The notes under the pieces were generated by a model. It searched no databases and was not told where the DNA came from. It saw nothing but the letters and a program-made list of their open reading frames with translations. A DNA stretch of 64,000 bases from Phycisphaerae bacterium (lineage in GTDB: Bacteria; Planctomycetota; Phycisphaerae; UBA1845; Fen-1342), in NCBI GenBank assembly GCA_050115495.1, contig JASFQK010000001.1, positions 192,001 through 256,000 of the forward strand, written 5' to 3'. The position numbers and the translations under genes were made by a program. Below, piece by piece: positions 59,525 through 64,000 of the stretch (its first letter is position 1; every line of letters begins with the position of its first letter).

Positions 59525-60319
59525 TTAACCGACCGACCCCAACCCGCGCGCCGGCGCCGGCGTCAGCAGTGCGCCGCGGCCGACGTCAGGGGCCTCGGGC
59601 AGGACGAGTTCGAGCTGCCGATCCGCCGGCCCGTCCCGTTGCTTGAGCACCGTGACCCGCACTCGGCGGCCCCGGCCCGCATCGGCCTGCGGCTCGAGGC
59701 GCAGCCGGCTGGTCACGAACGTGAAGCCGCTGTCGACTTCGCGGCTGAGGAGCAGGCCGAGGCTTCCGCCGGCTTCTGCGGCCAATTGCAGCCGCCGGGA
59801 AAGCTGCATCTCCAGACGCCGCAGCGGCAGGACGGCTGCCCCAACGCCCGGACAGCGCAAACTTTGCTCGAAGGCCCACAGGGCCTCCGCCCGCCGCGAG
59901 ACCCGCAGCACGATCAAACGCTCCAGCGGCACGCTCAACTGGGCGGCAGCCGGCGGGTAGAAGTCCTGCTGTGTGTCGATGTAGAAGATCCAACGTCCCT
60001 CCTCCGCCGCCCGGCCGGCGGCCAACAGAGCTACGGAACGGGCGGCGGCCCGCGTGCCGCTGTCGAGCAGCTCGTGGATCGCTCCCTGCATGAAGCCGCC
60101 TCCCAACGCCGCATCGAGCGCCGCCAGACCGCTGGCACAACGCTTCCCTTTTCGCGCCTGCGCCCCGTACCGCCGGCGGACCTGCTCCACCAACGCGACC
60201 AGTTGGCGTTTCGTCGGCGACGAAGGTGGGCTGCCAGCAACCGCCGGCACCGGTCCGCCGTGGTCCGTCCCTTCCTGGCGAACCACGACGAGACCGGTTT
60301 GCGCCACGGCTGCGGTCAT
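59525..60319 (-). CDS. imuA: ImuA-like (RecA/SulA-fold) protein
   Basis: SGLAALDAALGGG...GAIHEL with degenerate Walker A; YPPA; EALWAFEQSLRC; RRLQLAAEAGG. Confidence 0.75.
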   Translation of the reverse strand: MTAAVAQTGLVVVRQEGTDHGGPVPAVAGSPPSSPTKRQLVALVEQVRRRYGAQARKGKRCASGLAALDAALGGGFMQGAIHELLDSGTRAAARSVALLAAGRAAEEGRWIFYIDTQQDFYPPAAAQLSVPLERLIVLRVSRRAEALWAFEQSLRCPGVGAAVLPLRRLEMQLSRRLQLAAEAGGSLGLLLSREVDSGFTFVTSRLRLEPQADAGRGRRVRVTVLKQRDGPADRQLELVLPEAPDVGRGALLTPAPARGLGSVG

Positions 60320-60516
60320 CTCCGCATCCTTCCAGACAAAGGCGATTCCGGACGGGTCTCGTCCAGCCGCCCGCGCTTCTCACCCTGCTCCGTAAGCACC
60401 AGGGTTTCTCCCGCTTCCGGTTGTTCCGCGCGCAGGGACCGGGCGCACAGCGCCGCGAGCGCCTGTCGAGCGAAAACCAGGCTCCGTTCACACTGATTCG
60501 GGCGGGCCGGCTCCAC
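60316..60516 (-). CDS. Small hypothetical protein coupled to imuA
   Basis: ATGA overlap with the imuA start; no recognisable motif. Confidence 0.3.
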   Translation of the reverse strand: MEPARPNQCERSLVFARQALAALCARSLRAEQPEAGETLVLTEQGEKRGRLDETRPESPLSGRMRR

Positions 60517-60693
60517 GCCGCCGACTCGCTCCCCAACACCCGCCCGCCGACGGGCACGCCACCCGGCCGGCGAACTGGATTGGTATCCGAATATTACCCT
60601 AACTTTTGGGCGGGGTCAAATGAAAATACGGGGACGTGCCGGCGGCGGCGTCACGGATGGTGTGGCCCGGCCTGAAGGGTGGGACCGCGGGGC

Positions 60694-60957
60694 TCAGACC
60701 GTCTTGCGGAACTTGCCGCCGCCCTCGTTGACGAGCTTGGTGAAGCCTTTTTCTTTGAGGTTGCGATCGCTGAGCATCGAGCGTTCCGACTGTGTGGTCG
60801 ACACGCTGCACAGCGAAATCACCCGTTGCACCGGCCGGCCGCAATCCGGGCAGTGCTGGAGTGGCTCGTCGCGCATGGACTGGCGGACCTCGAATCGTCC
60901 GCGACACGTGGCACAGCCCTGGTCGGGCTCAACGGCCTGGTACTCATACGTCGGCAT
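60694..60957 (-). CDS. FmdB family zinc-ribbon regulatory protein
   Basis: MPTYEY...CATC...FEVRQSMRDEPLQHCPDCG...RVIS; RBS AGGAG. Confidence 0.9.
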   Translation of the reverse strand: MPTYEYQAVEPDQGCATCRGRFEVRQSMRDEPLQHCPDCGRPVQRVISLCSVSTTQSERSMLSDRNLKEKGFTKLVNEGGGKFRKTV

Positions 60958-61210
60958 GATCGGCTCTCACGCTCCTCGCAGAATGACGGCGGTCTGCCAT
61001 GGTGATTATACGACAGCCCGCCGCGGGCGAGGCCGCGCCGGCCCTATAACCACCCTGCCGGCGTGGTACGGGTGAGCTCTGAGCCTCCACGTCGGCGGCG
61101 CTCGTGCCAGCTTGCGGCTGTGCCGAAGAATGGGGTAGAATAACCGTTTGCCGGCCCCGCTCGGCGACCGCCCGGATCGTGGGCGGGTGTCTTGCGGGCG
61201 GGCGAATGCT

Positions 61211-61284
61211 GGTGGCGTGCCCGAGTGGTCTAAGGGAGCGGATTGCAAATCCGTTTGTCATGGGTTCGAATCCCATCGCCACCT
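61211..61284 (+). tRNA. tRNA-Cys(GCA), CCA not encoded
   Basis: GGTGGCG/CGCCACC acceptor stem; GCGGA-TTGCAAA-TCCGT anticodon arm; ATGGG-TTCGAAT-CCCAT T arm; U73. Confidence 0.95.
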
Positions 61285-61750
61285 TTCCCCCCTTCTAACG
61301 CATTGTTCCGCACAGCTTCGCGCCCGTTCGCTGCGAATCGCGCTCCAACTGTCGGGGAAACAGGCGGGAGGCGGTGCTTCGGCGCGGGCATTCTCGGTGC
61401 TGGTTGCCCGCGAAGGTTCCTGGCTGGGAGCGAGCGGCCTCAGGCTCGGCAGCCCGTCCGGCGCGGCCGTCCAGTCATCGATCGGTACGTCGGCTACACG
61501 ACTCCACTCTCGCGTGTTCGTCTGGTCCTGCCTCCCTCCGGACGGTACGTCCGGTATGGATCAGGCGGGGCGACTCGCGAACATGCATCAACGGGCAGGT
61601 CAACCTGAACTTGAGGGGTCGCGGCAGCGCAGCACGCCGCGCCGCGCTACACGCGCACGCCACGACTGACGATTGCGTCACGACGGACGCGCTGCCGATA
61701 TCCGTTCGCGACCGGGGATTTCCCCCGAAAGCAGGCGGGTCATTGCGCAT

Positions 61751-61766
61751 TGGCACACACAATGCT
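61751..61766 (+). promoter_or_regulatory. Sigma-54 (-24/-12) promoter
   Basis: TGGCAC-ACACA-ATGCT with exact GG-N10-GC spacing, 120 nt upstream of the PEP-CTERM gene. Confidence 0.6.
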
Positions 61767-61885
61767 TGTGATTCCCGCAATGGGTCGTGCCCCCTGCCTG
61801 CAAACGACGGGTCGGCGTTAATTGAACGCCCGCAGGGAGCGACAAGCTGTTGTTCGCTTGTGCAGAGCACCTTGGGAGATGCGGG

Positions 61886-62449
61886 ATGCATACAATCAAG
61901 ACCACATATCTGGCTGCGCTGGGTTCCTGTATGGTGTTGCTTCTGGCCGTACCGGCATCGGGTCACGACTACTCGCTCTACGACATCAGCTTCAGCGATT
62001 TCACGCCACAGGACTTCGTGCATGAGGATGCCGATTTGTGGGCCGGCTGGCTCAATCTCACGGTGACCAACAGCGGCAACCAGCCATGGGGCGGTTTTCA
62101 CTTCGAGATCTACGACCCCATCGGCGACCAGGATATCTCCAACATCCACTGGATCGACGACCCCAGCGTGCCATACAGCACCCAGGATCCGCTGACGTGG
62201 ACGATCGACAACGATGTGGTGGGCCCCAGCATCGATCTCCTCTACCTGGCTGATCCGGTGCAACTCGGCGAGACCGTCGAGTTTCATGTATTCAACGTCA
62301 ACCCGGACCAGGTTCCCTTCTTCGGCGTCTCGCTTTGCCCGACACCGGTTCCGGAAACGGGGACGCTCGGGATGTTGACCTTGGCGACCCTGGTGGTCGC
62401 TGTCGCCGCCAGGCGCTTCGCGTTGCCGCAGAGCCGCTCTTGCCACTAG
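61886..62449 (+). CDS. Secreted acidic protein with PEP-CTERM-like sorting signal
   Basis: Signal peptide ...LLLAVPASG; C-terminus PTPVPETGTLGMLTLATLVVAVAARR. Confidence 0.8.
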   Translation: MHTIKTTYLAALGSCMVLLLAVPASGHDYSLYDISFSDFTPQDFVHEDADLWAGWLNLTVTNSGNQPWGGFHFEIYDPIGDQDISNIHWIDDPSVPYSTQDPLTWTIDNDVVGPSIDLLYLADPVQLGETVEFHVFNVNPDQVPFFGVSLCPTPVPETGTLGMLTLATLVVAVAARRFALPQSRSCH

Positions 62450-62723
62450 CGGCCCGCCGTCTGGTCGGTTGGTTGGCTGCGTGCGTCGGGCATGATGCGC
62501 AGCACCACACCTGACGCGGGCAGCCGGTCAGCGAACGCGAGCCGGGAAGCCACTGGCTGGCGGAAAGTCGGGCTGAAAGGCTCGGGCAATGCTGGCCCCG
62601 CTGTTACGACCCGTCGCCGGTCGGCGTCCGCGGGGCAATCGGGGTGCAACTCGCGGGGGAGCAGGCGGGGGTGGCGGGTGAGCCGCCGTAACTCTCGGTG
62701 GCTGAGGTATTTGTGGAATCGGC

Positions 62724-62777
62724 GAGTGGATTGCACATTCGCTTATCATGGATTTGGGTCCCATCGCCACTTTTCCC
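62724..62777 (+). pseudogene. Decayed direct repeat of the tRNA-Cys 3' half (att-like remnant)
   Basis: Ungapped alignment to 61236-61289 gives 44/54 identity; T-loop TTCGAAT mutated to TTTGGGT. Confidence 0.75.
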
Positions 62778-62844
62778 TTTTCTGATCCGCCATCCCCGCC
62801 TGGCATCCCCCGAATCCGACCGCGTCCTGTAGGATAGCGGGCGG

Positions 62845-63819
62845 ATGTCTGCGTCGTACTGGGTGCAACTGGTGATCTGGTTACTGGCCGGCGCGGGGGG
62901 GCTTCTGCTCGTCCGTTTCGGTTGGCGACGGCGCGTGCGCAGCGCGTCGCTGTTCTGCCAGCGGTGCGGCTACGACCTGCGCGGCACCGATTCGCCGCGA
63001 TGCTCGGAATGCGGCGCCGACCTGACCAAGCCGGGCGCGGCGGCGATGTACCGGCGAAAGCGGGCGATCCTCGTATGCCTGTTCGGCACCGTCGTCGCTG
63101 TCGGCGCGTGGGGTGTCGTCCTGATGAACCTCTTCGCCGGCCCGGGGCCATCGTATTGGATCGGTATCGTGCCGACGTCGATCCTCCTGCACCTGAAGCA
63201 GGGCTACCTGTCGCGGGACGCGAAGTGGGAGTTGATTCGTCGATTCGAAGCGGGAGAACTGGATTCGGAGACAGAGCGCACCATGCTCACACCCGCGCTC
63301 GACGAACTGGAGCGCAGCACGTTTACGGTCGCCATGGAGCCGCTCGCAATGGTCGAGGCGGCGTTGGCGCGTGGCGTGGATGACCCGGCCGTGGCGGCAC
63401 GAATCACCGAGGCCGCGTGCATACTGGCGTGCAGCTCCGCGAATGCCGCGTCGGCGGACGGGACGGTGCGGCTGTGTGTGACGCTGTGCGCGAGGTGGGG
63501 CATTCCGGGGCAGACGTACGAGTTGGAGAACGTGTCCATCGTGTGGCATGGGCGGGAGCTATGTCACGCGCGGGATATCAGTCGGCTCCAGCCCATGTTT
63601 GACTGCGGAAGCGTACAGAGTACGCTCGAGTTCCCGGCTAGCCACGAGCTGCGCACAGCGCTTGCGGACGCAACATCGAGACCGGTCCTGCGCGCGGATC
63701 TGCGGCTCGTGCCCACGCAGCGCTGGTGGGACGAACCAGCGGCGGACAGCAGGCCAAGCGAGGAGCGCCCGCCGGTTCATCGCTGGCACGTGGAGACGGT
63801 CATACCGTTGGCGCCTTGA
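62845..63819 (+). CDS. Membrane protein with CxxCGYDLRG zinc ribbon
   Basis: TM - CQRCGYDLRGTDSPRCSECG - TM - soluble domain. Confidence 0.75.
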   Translation: MSASYWVQLVIWLLAGAGGLLLVRFGWRRRVRSASLFCQRCGYDLRGTDSPRCSECGADLTKPGAAAMYRRKRAILVCLFGTVVAVGAWGVVLMNLFAGPGPSYWIGIVPTSILLHLKQGYLSRDAKWELIRRFEAGELDSETERTMLTPALDELERSTFTVAMEPLAMVEAALARGVDDPAVAARITEAACILACSSANAASADGTVRLCVTLCARWGIPGQTYELENVSIVWHGRELCHARDISRLQPMFDCGSVQSTLEFPASHELRTALADATSRPVLRADLRLVPTQRWWDEPAADSRPSEERPPVHRWHVETVIPLAP

Positions 63820-64000
63820 TGTGTTCGTAGGACGATGGGGAATAATGGGGCCCAGACCGCGCCGCTGCCTTCCGCCAGCGCCATCGGTCGTCGAGTACCC
63901 GGATGGCCTGCACGGATTTGGATCGAGCAATGCCGGAGAGATCTGACAGCAAGCTGCCGTACGCAGTACAGCCGCCTGGCGGAGGCCGCAAGGCGCGGTT

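Overview
A GC-rich, gene-dense bacterial chromosome segment, probably Planctomycetota (likely Phycisphaerae). That assignment is inferred from the PVC-type small basic protein, a dockerin-like tail and CxxCGYDLRG zinc-ribbon proteins. Housekeeping genes include ilvE, rnc, gltX, coaX, obgE, hflX, acylphosphatase, M32 and M3 peptidases, tRNA-Leu(UAA) and tRNA-Cys(GCA). The main candidate undescribed system (15048-27832) joins a P1B-type ATPase, three different SPFH/HflK-HflC-like proteins (one with a large polytopic N-terminus), an ABC ATPase with two permeases and a large helical membrane-anchored protein. No ftsH lies nearby, and two related GTAG-REPs bracket the locus. A second candidate (40102-45496) is a cytoplasmic sensory-type [NiFe]-hydrogenase with non-canonical Fe-S ligands, lying between an output-less Cache-PAS sensor and a sensor-less hybrid kinase. 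Smaller signals: a 76-bp composite REP that also sits in-frame inside a GH65 gene, an XRE-HTH-like insertion in GluRS, an MnmE-like GTPase lacking CxGK, a CheA with MshEN-like motifs, a structured ilvE leader, an orphan imuA, and a decayed copy of the tRNA-Cys 3' half enclosing a PEP-CTERM gene with a candidate sigma-54 promoter. I saw no CRISPR array, integrase or transposase. All calls come from reading motifs by eye; no searches were run.
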